64,000 bases of DNA. It comes from Candidatus Oxydemutatoraceae bacterium (GTDB lineage: Bacteria > Pseudomonadota > Gammaproteobacteria > Poriferisulfidales > Oxydemutatoraceae). A program made the position numbers and the translations under genes. The notes beneath the pieces were generated by a model, which was given only the letters and a program-made list of their open reading frames with translations, was not told the DNA's origin and ran no database searches. Location: positions 224,001-288,000 of the forward strand of contig CBDCOZ010000003.1 in the NCBI GenBank assembly GCA_965220085.1, read 5' to 3'. Numbering within the stretch: the first letter of the stretch is position 1; every line of letters begins with the position of its first letter. Of the stretch, positions 18,924 to 29,058 are shown in pieces.

Positions 18924-20273
18924 ATGAACGTTCTTAAACAAAAATTTTTGACCCTGCTGGTCGGCGCCGCTGTGGCGCTGACGGGCTATGCCTCAACGGT
19001 GTCGGCGGATGCCTTTGAAGGCTTGTCCATGATGCGCATGGGTCAGTGGGAAGTCGATTTCAGCGGTAACGTCAATTCGTTTGTCGTGACCGGTGATTGC
19101 GATCCCAGTGGTGTAGGCGGCGTTGCCGGCGGCTTGGCTTGCGGCTCCAACGGCCAAGACTATGATTACGGCGATATCCGCACCGGTCTGTTGCCGTCGT
19201 GGTTCAACTTCCAGGCTTTCGCGCCGGAAACGGCGGGCGGCTGGAAGACAGCGATTCACATCAGCTTCCAACCCGGCGGTGACGATGGTGATTCTCTTGC
19301 CGGCGGCGCACTCGGCGGCCCGCTGGGTCTGAACACATCCAACTTCCGTCAGATCTTCACGACCTTGAGTCATGACGATGTCGGCACATTCAAGATCGGC
19401 AGAGATCTGGGCGTGTTTGCATCGGATGCGATTCTGGAAGACATGACCTTGCTGGGCGTCGGCGGTACCGCGCGTGATCGGGCCGGCGGTGGCAACACCA
19501 CGCTGGGCCGTATCGGTTTTGGCTATATCTATGCCGACTGGAAATCACAGGCGCAGTACACGACGCCGAACCTGAACGGTTTCACCGCGACAGTCGCAAT
19601 GACCGACCCGTGGGCGGCCACTTCGTTGGCTGGTAATTACCGTGAGGCTAGAGAGGGTGAACCTTGGAATGACATCCCCGCCATTCCTGCCATTCCTTAT
19701 AGTGCGACAAATGGCGGAGGTAATAACCAAGAGGATGACACTTACGGCGCTGAAGCCAAACTCAACTATTCGATGGGTGATATCGGTCGTGTCTGGACGA
19801 GTTATATTCGTCAGGATGTTGACTGGGATACCGGCGCACTCGATGATGGCGAAGGCGAAGGCTACGATGTCGGCGCCAAACTCACCGTGGGCGCCATTGA
19901 CCTCGTCGGTTATTACTACGATGGCGAAGGTATCGGCACCACGACATTTTTGACCGATGGTTTTGATCGTTTTGGCAACGAGCGTGATTCCGACGGCTAC
20001 TATGTCCAAGGGCGCTGGAAAACCCCGATGGGCACAACGCTGGGCGTCAGCTACGGCGAAAGCGATCTGGATGAAACCAGTGAGGAAAGAGCCGCTGCCG
20101 GTGGTAGCACTAATCTGGTTGAGACCAACGAGATGCTCACCGTCGGCGCCTATCATCCGATTGGCGAAGGCTTCAATCTGGTTCTTGAGTATTCCAGAAT
20201 TGAGTCCGAAGCGCACAATGGCACTGATGCCGAAGAGGATTCGGTTGCCGTTGGCGCGATTATGTTCTTCTAA
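18924..20273 (+). CDS. outer-membrane porin
   Basis: AAGGAG RBS, signal peptide, Gly/Asp-rich beta strands, C-terminal Phe. Confidence 0.8.
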   Translation: MNVLKQKFLTLLVGAAVALTGYASTVSADAFEGLSMMRMGQWEVDFSGNVNSFVVTGDCDPSGVGGVAGGLACGSNGQDYDYGDIRTGLLPSWFNFQAFAPETAGGWKTAIHISFQPGGDDGDSLAGGALGGPLGLNTSNFRQIFTTLSHDDVGTFKIGRDLGVFASDAILEDMTLLGVGGTARDRAGGGNTTLGRIGFGYIYADWKSQAQYTTPNLNGFTATVAMTDPWAATSLAGNYREAREGEPWNDIPAIPAIPYSATNGGGNNQEDDTYGAEAKLNYSMGDIGRVWTSYIRQDVDWDTGALDDGEGEGYDVGAKLTVGAIDLVGYYYDGEGIGTTTFLTDGFDRFGNERDSDGYYVQGRWKTPMGTTLGVSYGESDLDETSEERAAAGGSTNLVETNEMLTVGAYHPIGEGFNLVLEYSRIESEAHNGTDAEEDSVAVGAIMFF

Positions 20274-20300
20274 ACCGATAAACATAGTCAAAGCTTGAAC

Positions 20301-20335
20301 AAATGGGCGCGCCCTTGTGGTGCGCCCATTTTTTA
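20301..20335 (+). terminator. intrinsic terminator after the porin gene
   Basis: ATGGGCGCGC-loop-GTGCGCCCAT hairpin followed by a T-run. Confidence 0.75.
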
Positions 20336-20353
20336 TATAAACTGCTCTGTTCA

Positions 20354-21139
20354 ATGAGCAATATCACAAAACCTATCTATCTGAGCCGCTTGCTGTTGGC
20401 CTTGTTGTTGCCCGTTGCGGGCGGCGCTTTGGCGCAGAGCGAACCCGCCGGACGGGTGAGCTGGCAGGACGGCTATGAATACGTCAGCATCGTTGCGAGC
20501 GAGGGCAAGCCGACCGGTCAGCGCCCCGAGCGCATTTCAAGCAAGTCCCTGCGACGCGCGCTGGCCGGTTTGCGCATCAGACCCGACGGCAGGAAAAAAT
20601 CCCAGCCGTTGTTCTCCGCGGAAGCCGCCGAGCGCTTGGGCAAACAACTCGCCGTCGCATTGCGGCAGGCGAAGCGCGGGCAGGATGTGCTGTTTCGCAT
20701 AAGCGATGCCGATTCATTCTTTGGCGATCTTTTTGAGCAGGATCTATTTAGCGCCGGCCGCGTGTTTTGGCACAAAGAACGGTTGCATATCATCTTCGGC
20801 GGCATCCGCAATGCGGTCAAGCGGAAGATGCTGTATGGCCAGCCCGGCGATCTGGTCAATGAGCCGGAGCAGGGCAGCCGCCGTGCGGCGGAAGATTTGG
20901 AGTATGAAATGGTTGCCGCGCCCGGCATCGCCTATGCCGTCAAGCAGCGACGCGATTGGGTCGTGATTCGCCTTGACAAGGTGCGCGCGCCGGTTACAAG
21001 CGATAAGCGCGCCCGCCGCAACGAAGGCCGCGGCGATATCGCAGGACGGCTGAGAAAGCTCAAGCGGTTGTTTGACGAGGGGCTGATTGACGAGCGCGAA
21101 TACCGTTCGCGCCGACACGAGATACTGGACGAGATTTAA
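20354..21139 (+). CDS. exported protein with C-terminal SHOCT-like domain
   Basis: Signal peptide; RLRKLKRLFDEGLIDEREYRSRRHEIL C-terminus. Confidence 0.75.
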   Translation: MSNITKPIYLSRLLLALLLPVAGGALAQSEPAGRVSWQDGYEYVSIVASEGKPTGQRPERISSKSLRRALAGLRIRPDGRKKSQPLFSAEAAERLGKQLAVALRQAKRGQDVLFRISDADSFFGDLFEQDLFSAGRVFWHKERLHIIFGGIRNAVKRKMLYGQPGDLVNEPEQGSRRAAEDLEYEMVAAPGIAYAVKQRRDWVVIRLDKVRAPVTSDKRARRNEGRGDIAGRLRKLKRLFDEGLIDEREYRSRRHEILDEI

Positions 21140-21163
21140 TCTTTTTTAAGGAGGCTATAAATT

Positions 21164-22207
21164 ATGTTTGAAAATGAGTTTTATACGGCGGAAAATCACG
21201 GCGAGTTTGAGGTCTTTGACCTCGGAGACTTTGACCTGACCCACGGCGGGACCTTGCCCGATGCCAAGCTGGCATACGCGACTTATGGCGAGCTCAACGA
21301 CGCGCGCGATAACGCCATCGTGTTTCCGGTCATGTTTTCCGGCACCAGCGGGAGCTTGAAGCACTATGTGGGCGAAGGCCTGGCGCTGGACCCCGGCAAA
21401 TACTTCATCGTGATTCCGAACCAACTGGGCAACGGGATTTCAAGTTCCCCGCACAACACGCCCGCGCCGCATGCGATGTCGGCTTTTCCGAAGCTGGATA
21501 TCGCCGACGATGTGCGCGCGCAACACCGGCTGATGACGGAGCGCTTTGGCGTTGAGACAGTCGCCCTCGTGCTGGGTTGGTCGATGGGCGCGCAACAGAC
21601 CTACGAGTGGGCGGTGCGCTACCCCGAGGTCGTGCGGCGCGCGGCGCCCATCGCCGGCACCGCGCGGACGACGCCTCACGACGCGCTCTATGTGAGCGTG
21701 TTCTCCGAGGCGCTGAAGTCGGACCCGGCGTGGAACGGCGGCGAATACGCCGACCCGCACGGGGTGGAAACCGGCTTGCGCAGAATGGCGCATGTGTTTG
21801 CCCTGATGGGCGTGTGTTCCGAGTTCTATAAGCGGGAGCAATGGACGACGCTGGACATCCCCGATGCGGAGACTTTTCTGAGCGGCTTCTGGGAGAAGTG
21901 GTTTTTGCCGATGGACCCCAATGCCTTGTTGTGCATGGCCGACAAATGGAAATGCGGAGACGTAAGCGCCCCGCACGGCGGCGACTTGGCGCAGGCCCTC
22001 GGGCGGATTAAAGCCAAGACCTGCGTGATCGCCTTTGCCGAAGATATGTTTATTCCCGCGCGTGATTGCCGCGCCGAGCAGGCGATGATTGCGGGCAGCT
22101 CTATCGTTGAGTTGCCCACGCTGTGGGGACACTTCGGCATGATGGGCTTGGCCGAAGAAGACTTCAAGGCCATTAACAACGCGGTCAGCGACCTGCTGGC
22201 GCAGTAG
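21164..22207 (+). CDS. alpha/beta hydrolase, homoserine O-acetyltransferase (MetX)-like family
   Basis: AYATYGELN, GWSMG nucleophile elbow, WGH catalytic His; AAGGAGG RBS. Confidence 0.82.
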   Translation: MFENEFYTAENHGEFEVFDLGDFDLTHGGTLPDAKLAYATYGELNDARDNAIVFPVMFSGTSGSLKHYVGEGLALDPGKYFIVIPNQLGNGISSSPHNTPAPHAMSAFPKLDIADDVRAQHRLMTERFGVETVALVLGWSMGAQQTYEWAVRYPEVVRRAAPIAGTARTTPHDALYVSVFSEALKSDPAWNGGEYADPHGVETGLRRMAHVFALMGVCSEFYKREQWTTLDIPDAETFLSGFWEKWFLPMDPNALLCMADKWKCGDVSAPHGGDLAQALGRIKAKTCVIAFAEDMFIPARDCRAEQAMIAGSSIVELPTLWGHFGMMGLAEEDFKAINNAVSDLLAQ

Positions 22208-23650
22208 GGCTTGACACACTCCCCCTCACCGCATCGCCCATCGCCTGACGGCTTGGACTCTGCGACTCTCCCGCGAGGGGAGAGTAATGCATCGTGCGCG
22301 AGGGGAGCATAATGCACAGTGCCAAACTGCGCTCCCCCCTTGCGGGGGAGTCGGCAAGCCAAGGGCACAGCCCGCAGGCTGCCGGAGAGGGGGAAAGTTT
22401 CCGGCTTGGACGACACAATATTCCTTTTGCGGGGGAGTATTCCCCCTCTCCGTCTTATGTTGCGCTTGCCGATTCTCCCACGCAGGGAGCTCTATCGTTG
22501 AGTTGCCCACGCTGTGGGGACACTTCGGCATGATGGGCTTGGCCGAAGAAGACTTCAAGGCCATTAATAGCGCGGTAAGCGACCTGCTGGCGCAGTAGGA
22601 CTCGATACACTCCCCCTCACCGCCGCGAGGGGAGAGTGTTGCACATTGCTAACATCATTCCCTCCTTGCGGGGGGAGTGCTCGCACTAAGTGCAGAGTCT
22701 AAGTCGCAAGCAAAAAGTGATGCAACGGAGAGGGGAGAAGCTTCCGGCTTGGACGACACAATATTCCTTTTGCGGGGGAGTGTTTCCCCTCTCCGTCTCG
22801 CTACGCTCGCCGACTCTCCCGCGAGGGGAGAGTGTTGCACATTGCTAACATCATTCCCTCCTTGCGGGGGAGTGCTCGCACTAAGTGCAGAGTCTAAGTC
22901 GCAAGCAAAAAGTGATGCAACGGAGAGGGGAGAAGTTTCCGGCTTGGACGATACAATATTCCTTTTGCGGGGGAGTGTTTCCCCTCTCCGTCTTATGTTG
23001 CGCTTGCCGATTCTCCCACGCAGGGAGCTCTATCGTTGAGTTGCCCACGCTGTGGGGACACTTCGGCATGATGGGTCTGGCTGAAGAAGACTTCAAGGCT
23101 ATCAATAGCGCGGTAAGCGACCTGCTGGCGCAGTAGGACTCGATACACTCCCCCTCACCGCATCGCCCATCGCCTGACGGCTTGGACTCTGCGACTCTCC
23201 CGCGAGGGGAGAGTGTTGCACATTGCTAACATCATTCCCTCCTTGCGGGGGAGTGCTCGCACTAAGTGCAGAGTCTAAGTCGCAAGCAAAAAGTGATGCA
23301 ACGGAGAGGGGAGAAGTTTCCGGCTTGGACGACACAATATTCCTTTTGCGGGGGAGTGTTTCCCCTCTCCGTCTTATGTTGCGCTTGCCGATTCTCCCAC
23401 GCAGGGAGCGTCATGCACAGCGCCAACCTGCGCTCCCCCCTTGCGGGGGAGTCGGCAAGCCAAGGGCACAGCCCGCAGGCTGCCGGAGAGGGGAGAAGTT
23501 TCCGGCTTGGACGACACAATATTCCTTTTGCGGGGGAGTATTCCCCTCTCCGTCTCGCTACGCTCGCCGACTCTCCCGCGAGGGGAGCGTCATGCATCGT
23601 GCGCGAAGGGGAATTGAAAGAGCTCGCGATTACGATTCCCGCGAAGGGAG
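22208..23650. repeat. 1.45-kb mosaic of REP-like palindromic modules containing two extra copies of the hydrolase 3' end
   Basis: Module TTCCGGCTTGGACGA.ACAATATTCCTTTTGCGGGGGAG occurs 5 times; gene-end copies at 22488-22598 and 23026-23136. Confidence 0.9.
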
Positions 23651-23657
23651 AGCGGCG

Positions 23658-24614
23658 CTATGCGCTTGCGATGTGCGTAATTGCCTGCACAAGCGCGTCT
23701 TTGATTCCGGGTTCGGATTGGCTGTGACCGGCGGCATCGACCATGCGGAGTTCGCCATCCGGCCAATGCCGCAGCAATTCGTGCGCCGCACAGGGCGGGC
23801 AGAGCAAGTCATACCGCCCCTGAACGATGACCCCTTTGATGCCGCGCAGTTTCTGCGCATGGGCGATTAATGCGCCGGGTTTTAGAAAACTCTCGTTGGA
23901 AAAATAATGCGCTTCCATGCGCGGCGTATTTGGCAGCGGGCGTTTGTCTTGTGCGGCGAGGGGCAGGGTGAGTTCGCCCGGCCTCAGCGCCGATAGGGCG
24001 CGCTCGTAATCGTGCCACACATGGGCGGCGGGGGCGCAGACCGCCGCATCATCGCTGAGCAGGCGCCGATAGTATGCCCGCAACGGGTCGGCCTGTTCGT
24101 CCGCATTGAGACAGGCGACAAACTGTTCGTATAAATCGGGGTAAAACCGTTGCGGGATTTCTATGAGTGCGCGTCGCATGGCGGCGTTGTCGCCGAAGAA
24201 GAACGAGCGGATGACAATGCCTTTGACCCGCCGCGGGTGCGCTTGCGCATACGCGATGGCGAGCAGCGCGCCCCAGGAGCCGCCGACAACCAGCCAGCGG
24301 GGGATGCTCAATTGTTCGCGGATAAGCTCCAAATCGGCGATCAAATGCCGTGTCGTATTGTTTTCCAAACCGCCTTTCGGCGCGCTGTTGCCGGCGCCCC
24401 GTTGGTCGGGCGCGATGACTCGGAAGCGCTTGGGGTCAAACAGGGCCGAGAGCGCGGCTATGCGGCAACCGCTGCCGGGGCCGCCGTGCAGGAAGACAAC
24501 GGGAATGCCCCGCGGGTTGCCGTATTCCGCAACCGCCAGAGTGTGGGTCGCATCCGCTCGGATGCTGTGCGCGGCGCATTGCCCGTCAGCCACTCTTGCT
24601 TGGATCGCGCGCAA
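23658..24614 (-). CDS. pip: prolyl aminopeptidase (proline iminopeptidase)
   Basis: LHGGPGSG, DQRGAG, GGSWG, QGRYDLLCP and AGHS motifs. Confidence 0.85.
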   Translation of the reverse strand: MRAIQARVADGQCAAHSIRADATHTLAVAEYGNPRGIPVVFLHGGPGSGCRIAALSALFDPKRFRVIAPDQRGAGNSAPKGGLENNTTRHLIADLELIREQLSIPRWLVVGGSWGALLAIAYAQAHPRRVKGIVIRSFFFGDNAAMRRALIEIPQRFYPDLYEQFVACLNADEQADPLRAYYRRLLSDDAAVCAPAAHVWHDYERALSALRPGELTLPLAAQDKRPLPNTPRMEAHYFSNESFLKPGALIAHAQKLRGIKGVIVQGRYDLLCPPCAAHELLRHWPDGELRMVDAAGHSQSEPGIKDALVQAITHIASA

Positions 24615-24630
24615 TGGTTTGCCGGCCTGT

Positions 24631-25800
24631 TTAGCTTATGCCGACAGGGTCTTTGACAGGGTCTTTGACGAAGTTGATGCGGCGGTATTCAAACTCGGAT
24701 TCCCCCGATTTTGATTCCAGATTGGCGATGCTGACGAGTGTTTCGTGGTGGTCGGAAAACTCGCACGCCGGGTCCATATTGGCGGCGTCGCCGGTAATCG
24801 CAAACGCCTGGCAGCGGCACCCGGCCCAATCGATCTCGCGCCGTTCGCAACCGCGGCATTTTTCCGGCATCCAATCAATGCCGCGAAACATTTCAAATGC
24901 TTCCGAATGGAGCCAGATGTCTTTCAGCGAACGTTCTTGCACGTTGTCAAATGTCAGCGATGTGATGCTCTCGGCGGCGTGGCACGGCAACACCTTGCCG
25001 GACGGCGTTACGTTGAGGAACTGACGCGCCCAGCCGCCCATGCACGCCTTGGGCTTGCGCGCGTAATAGTCGGGGACGACATAGTCTATGACCAGTTTGC
25101 CCTTCAATTCCTCGCGCGCCTTTTCGACCGTTTCGGTCGCCCATTCCAACTGGCGGCGGTGTGGCATCAGGGCGGCGCGGTTGTGGTAGGCCCAGCCGTA
25201 GTACTGCACGTGGGCGACTTCCATGCGCTCGGCATCCATTTCGACCGCAAGGTCTATCGTGCTTTGCAAATGGTCTATGTTCATGCGATGCACGGGCGCA
25301 TTGAGCGTCAGCGGTAAGCCGCACTCGCGCACCGCTTTTGCGACCTTGAGCTTTTCGCGGTAGCTGTTCGGGTAATGGGCGATGAGGTTCGCCGTCTCTT
25401 CGTCGCTGTCTTGCAGGCTGAGTTGAACGTGATTGAGGCCGAGGCTTTTCAGCTTCTCCAGCCGCTCCCGACTCAGCGGCACGCCCGAAGTGATCAGGTT
25501 GACATAGAGCCCGAGCCCGTTGGCGATTTCGACCAGATCCTCCAGGTCTTTGCGGATGCAGGGCTCGCCGCCGGAAAAATGCGCTTGCAAAATGCCCATG
25601 TCCGCGGCCTGACGGAATACGTCTCCCCATTGCTCGGTGGTCATCTCGGCGGCGCGCTTTTCAAGTTGCATCGGGTTTGAGCAATACGGGCATTGCAGCG
25701 GGCAACGGTGTGATAGTTCGCACAGCATGGCTATCGGCAAGCCGGGCGCGCGGCTGTTCGCTGTGATGCCTTGTTGTGAAGTGGTCTCTGTGGCGTTCAT
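24631..25800 (-). CDS. pqqE: PQQ biosynthesis radical SAM protein
   Basis: CPLQCPYC, QYYGWA, PKACMGGW and SPASM cysteines. Confidence 0.96.
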   Translation of the reverse strand: MNATETTSQQGITANSRAPGLPIAMLCELSHRCPLQCPYCSNPMQLEKRAAEMTTEQWGDVFRQAADMGILQAHFSGGEPCIRKDLEDLVEIANGLGLYVNLITSGVPLSRERLEKLKSLGLNHVQLSLQDSDEETANLIAHYPNSYREKLKVAKAVRECGLPLTLNAPVHRMNIDHLQSTIDLAVEMDAERMEVAHVQYYGWAYHNRAALMPHRRQLEWATETVEKAREELKGKLVIDYVVPDYYARKPKACMGGWARQFLNVTPSGKVLPCHAAESITSLTFDNVQERSLKDIWLHSEAFEMFRGIDWMPEKCRGCERREIDWAGCRCQAFAITGDAANMDPACEFSDHHETLVSIANLESKSGESEFEYRRINFVKDPVKDPVGIS

Positions 25801-26099
25801 GTCTTGCCTCCTTGCTCCAGAAACCTTTTGTCAAACAGATCCTGAAGCATAACGATGATGTCAGATAGTATTCGGTCTGCGGGGGCGTCGTACTTGCTCG
25901 CCAACCGCGAGGCGATGTCTCCCACGCTGGTTTTGCCGTCGCACATTTTGACGACTTCCAGCGCCGTTTCGTCGGGCTCAAGGACGCGCTCGGGAGCCAG
26001 CAGAACCCAGCGTTCGCGCGCTTTATCATGGTGTAACTTGACGTACGAAGGCAGTTGGAGACAACTTCCAGCCGTCAATTTTTCGTTCTCGCTGCTCAT
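25797..26099 (-). CDS. pqqD: PQQ biosynthesis peptide chaperone
   Basis: WVLLAPER...CDG motif; lies between pqqC and pqqE with ATGA overlaps. Confidence 0.92.
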   Translation of the reverse strand: MSSENEKLTAGSCLQLPSYVKLHHDKARERWVLLAPERVLEPDETALEVVKMCDGKTSVGDIASRLASKYDAPADRILSDIIVMLQDLFDKRFLEQGGKT

Positions 26100-26848
26100 G
26101 TCTTGGGGTCGGGGACAAAGCAACCCGGCGTGATGACGCCATCCGGTTGCACATACGCGGAGTGCAGGGCATCCAACTGGCACCACAGCACATCGCACTT
26201 GAAATAGAGGGCGTTGAGAACCCCTTCCTGCGCTTCTTTGGTGCGGGCGGTTTCACGCACATAGTTGAGGGCGAATTCCACATCGCGGCGCGCCTGCGTC
26301 AGGCGCGGCTTGAAGTACGCCATATTGTCTTCGCAAATGAAGTCGTAATTCTTCAGCATGCCTTCCATGCGCTCGGCAATGATCTTGGGAGAAAATATTT
26401 CGGTGAGCGAGGAAGCGATTGCCTCGGCCAGAGGGCGTTCGGCGACAAAGCGCACATAGGCATCGACCGCAAAGCGCGTGGCGGGCAAAGCGCCCTCGCG
26501 CGATATGACATAGTCGCGGTCCAGCCCGAGGCTGTCGGTCAGTTTGAGCCACCTTTCTATGCCGCCTTTGCCCGGCGCATCGCCGTCGTGGTCGACGATG
26601 CGTTGTCGCCATTCGCGGCGCATATCGTGGCCGGGAATGCGGGACATCAGCACGGTGTCTTTGATCGGGATTGCGGCCTGATAGCAATAGCGATTGAGCG
26701 CCCACGCCTGAATCTGACCTTTGTTGAGTTTGCCGGCGTGCAGCAACTTGTGAAACGGATGCTTATCGTGATAGCGATTTTTCCCGATTTCCCGCAGTTG
26801 CGATTCCAGCTCTTCCGGGGTCAGCGCTTTTTCCAGTTTGGCTTTCAT
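26096..26848 (-). CDS. pqqC: pyrroloquinoline-quinone synthase
   Basis: YHDKHPFH, WALNRYCYQ, WRQRIVDHDG and FKCDVLW motifs. Confidence 0.96.
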   Translation of the reverse strand: MKAKLEKALTPEELESQLREIGKNRYHDKHPFHKLLHAGKLNKGQIQAWALNRYCYQAAIPIKDTVLMSRIPGHDMRREWRQRIVDHDGDAPGKGGIERWLKLTDSLGLDRDYVISREGALPATRFAVDAYVRFVAERPLAEAIASSLTEIFSPKIIAERMEGMLKNYDFICEDNMAYFKPRLTQARRDVEFALNYVRETARTKEAQEGVLNALYFKCDVLWCQLDALHSAYVQPDGVITPGCFVPDPKT

Positions 26849-27780
26849 AGTTCGACCTGTTGTCCGTCCTCCGCGATTTCCCACCCTGATTCTGCGACAC
26901 GGAGTCGCTCCGGCGAGTCTTCCAGCAGGGCCGGGTTGGAGTTGTTGATGTGAATGTATATCTTGCGCTCGATGCCCATGTCGGCAAAGCTTGCCAGCGA
27001 GCCGCCTTCGCCGTCCATGTTCATATGGCCCATTCTCTCGCCGGTTTTAGGCCCCAGTCCGGCAGCGGCCATCTCGTCATTGCGGAATAAGGTGCCGTCA
27101 AAAAACAGCAATGAGGCGCCCCGCAAGCGGCGCTCCAGCGCGTCGTCCAGTCGCGCGCAGCCCGGAACGTAGAAAAATGATTCGCCGCGGTCGTCGGCAA
27201 TGCGCAGGCCGATGGTGTCTCCTTCTGCGGTGCCAAAATCGGCGCCTTTGGATGCGTCTTCTTTGTACAGGGCCACTTTGCCCGGCACGGCGAACGCTTC
27301 TATTGTGAGCCCGAGCTCGGCGCCGTCCGGCCCGAGCGGGCGGAAGGCTTGCGACAGGGTCAGGGTTTCTCGTTTGACAAGGTCGGGGTTCAGGACATTA
27401 AAAATGGAATTCTCTTTTATGGTGTCCAAAACGCGGGCGGATGCGTACAGCCGGTACGCTTCGCTCTCGCGCATCGTCAGCAGTCCGGCGACATGATCGA
27501 CATCGCCGTTGGTCAGAATGACCGCTTTGATCGGCGTGCTGCGCTTGCCTTCGCGCGGGTGCATTTGCGGGTTGTCGTTGATTTGCTGGCGCACATCCGG
27601 CGAGCAGTTGAGCAGGACATAGCGCGCGCCGTCCGCGCTGACAGCCAGCGAGGACTGCGTTCGGGGTTTGATGCGAGGGCTGTGTTCCCGGGCCAGCCGG
27701 CAATGGTCAGAGTTGCAATTCCACTGAGGGATTCCGCCACCGGCTCCCGAACCTAAAACGACGATCTGCATGTGATTCAT
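26845..27780 (-). CDS. pqqB: PQQ biosynthesis protein B
   Basis: VLGSGAGGGIPQWNC, RTQSS and IHINNSNP motifs. Confidence 0.96.
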   Translation of the reverse strand: MNHMQIVVLGSGAGGGIPQWNCNSDHCRLAREHSPRIKPRTQSSLAVSADGARYVLLNCSPDVRQQINDNPQMHPREGKRSTPIKAVILTNGDVDHVAGLLTMRESEAYRLYASARVLDTIKENSIFNVLNPDLVKRETLTLSQAFRPLGPDGAELGLTIEAFAVPGKVALYKEDASKGADFGTAEGDTIGLRIADDRGESFFYVPGCARLDDALERRLRGASLLFFDGTLFRNDEMAAAGLGPKTGERMGHMNMDGEGGSLASFADMGIERKIYIHINNSNPALLEDSPERLRVAESGWEIAEDGQQVEL

Positions 27781-27938
27781 TGGGTCTTGAGGTGTTCATC
27801 GCGCAACTCTGAAGTTTGGTACTTTCCTTGCATCAAGTATATGAGAAACATGTCCGCTGTCAAGAAGGTTGCTCCCCGGATGGGAACATCGGCTGACGGC
27901 GTGTCCGCCGGACGAAGGGGGGTTATATCCCCGCAAAC

Positions 27939-27970
27939 AAAAAGGCACGGACAAACGAATGTCCGTGCCT
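27939..27970 (-). terminator. hairpin/terminator between pqqA and pqqB
   Basis: AGGCACGGACA-N6-TGTCCGTGCCT followed by a T-run on the minus strand. Confidence 0.75.
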
Positions 27971-28011
27971 CTCTATGAAAGTATCAAAAATCAAAAAGCT
28001 ACGATTGAAGA

Positions 28012-28092
28012 TTAGACTTCAGCGCATGCATAGCAGTTAATCTCCATGCCAACTGCCATCTCTTTGACTTTAGGTAAAGTCCACTTTTTCAT
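28012..28092 (-). CDS. pqqA: PQQ precursor peptide, MKKWTLPKVKEMAVGMEINCYACAEV
   Basis: Hand-translated, 26 aa; W..P and E-x3-Y motifs; GGAGG RBS; upstream of pqqB; not in the ORF track. Confidence 0.93.
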   Translation of the reverse strand: MKKWTLPKVKEMAVGMEINCYACAEV

Positions 28093-28329
28093 AATAACCT
28101 CCTAAGTTTATAACGTTATTAACCGCAGTTCCGTATGAACTGCGAGGGTACAAAGTATTATAAGCCAGCCCCTATGTCAATACAAATACGGCGATATTTC
28201 CATATAAAATACTTATCCCTGCTATATACAGAATTGCATGGATGTATCAATCATATACAAGCCATCTCAAGGGGGCGTCCGAGCGCTCCGACCGCTGTTT
28301 TCGGGGCATCCGCCCGCAGGCAGGGGGTG

Positions 28330-29058
28330 TCAGCTTAGGACATCCGGGAAACGCCCCAGCATATCGGTTCGCAAGGTCTCTATTTCCTCGTCTGAGCGCC
28401 CGGGTTTTCCGGGCAACTTGATATCGCCGAGCAGGCGGGTCGGGGAGGCGGACAGGACCAGCAGACGGGCGCACAGAAACAGAGCCTCGCGGATATTGTG
28501 CGTTACGAATAGCAGTGTCTTGGGCGAGACCTCCAGTTGCGATAAGAGCAGTGTCCGCAGGCGCGTCGCCATCCGTTCGTCTATTGAGGTGAATGGCTCA
28601 TCCATGACCAACAGCGGCGCGCCGACTGAAAACGCGCGCACCAGCGCGGCGCGTCGCGCCATGCCCAAAGATATTTCCGCGGGGTATTGGTCCAGCGTCT
28701 CTTCAATGTTCATCTGCTTGAACAAATCGGTGTTGCCGGAGTCGGCGCCCGCCGGCAAAACCAAATCTATGTTTTCTTTGATCGTGCGCCAAGGCAATAA
28801 TCGCGGCTCCTGAAATACGAATGCCAGCGGCAGCGCGCCCGGCGGCGCCGGCGGCAGCCGAACCCGCCCGGTGTAATCGGTGTCCAGCCCCGAAATCAGA
28901 TTGAGCAAGGTGGTTTTGCCGCATCCCGAGGGGCCGGTGATAGCGAGCATCTCATATTCGTCCGCGGCGAAGTTGATATCCCGCAAGACGACAGCCTCTC
29001 CGTAGCGCTTCTGTTTGATATCAACGCGCAACGTCGCTTTGTTCGGGGTCGTGCTCAT
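28330..29058 (-). CDS. ABC ATP-binding protein (NitT/TauT type)
   Basis: GPSGCGKT, FQEPRLLPW, ISLGMARR and MDEP motifs. Confidence 0.88.
   Translation of the reverse strand: MSTTPNKATLRVDIKQKRYGEAVVLRDINFAADEYEMLAITGPSGCGKTTLLNLISGLDTDYTGRVRLPPAPPGALPLAFVFQEPRLLPWRTIKENIDLVLPAGADSGNTDLFKQMNIEETLDQYPAEISLGMARRAALVRAFSVGAPLLVMDEPFTSIDERMATRLRTLLLSQLEVSPKTLLFVTHNIREALFLCARLLVLSASPTRLLGDIKLPGKPGRSDEEIETLRTDMLGRFPDVLS

Noticed and set aside
22097-23136. Diversity-generating retroelement (template/variable repeat pair)
   Set aside because: Differences are not adenine-specific, are mostly synonymous, and no reverse transcriptase is present.
22208-23650. CRISPR-like array, or real ORFs inside the mosaic
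   Set aside because: Segments between the recurring module are themselves repeated and irregular in length; the ORFs are translations of palindromic repeats.
24643-24669. 12-bp duplication at the pqqE 3' end (VKDPVKDPV)
   Set aside because: Real but minor; it lies in the unconserved tail and only adds to the general slippage pattern.
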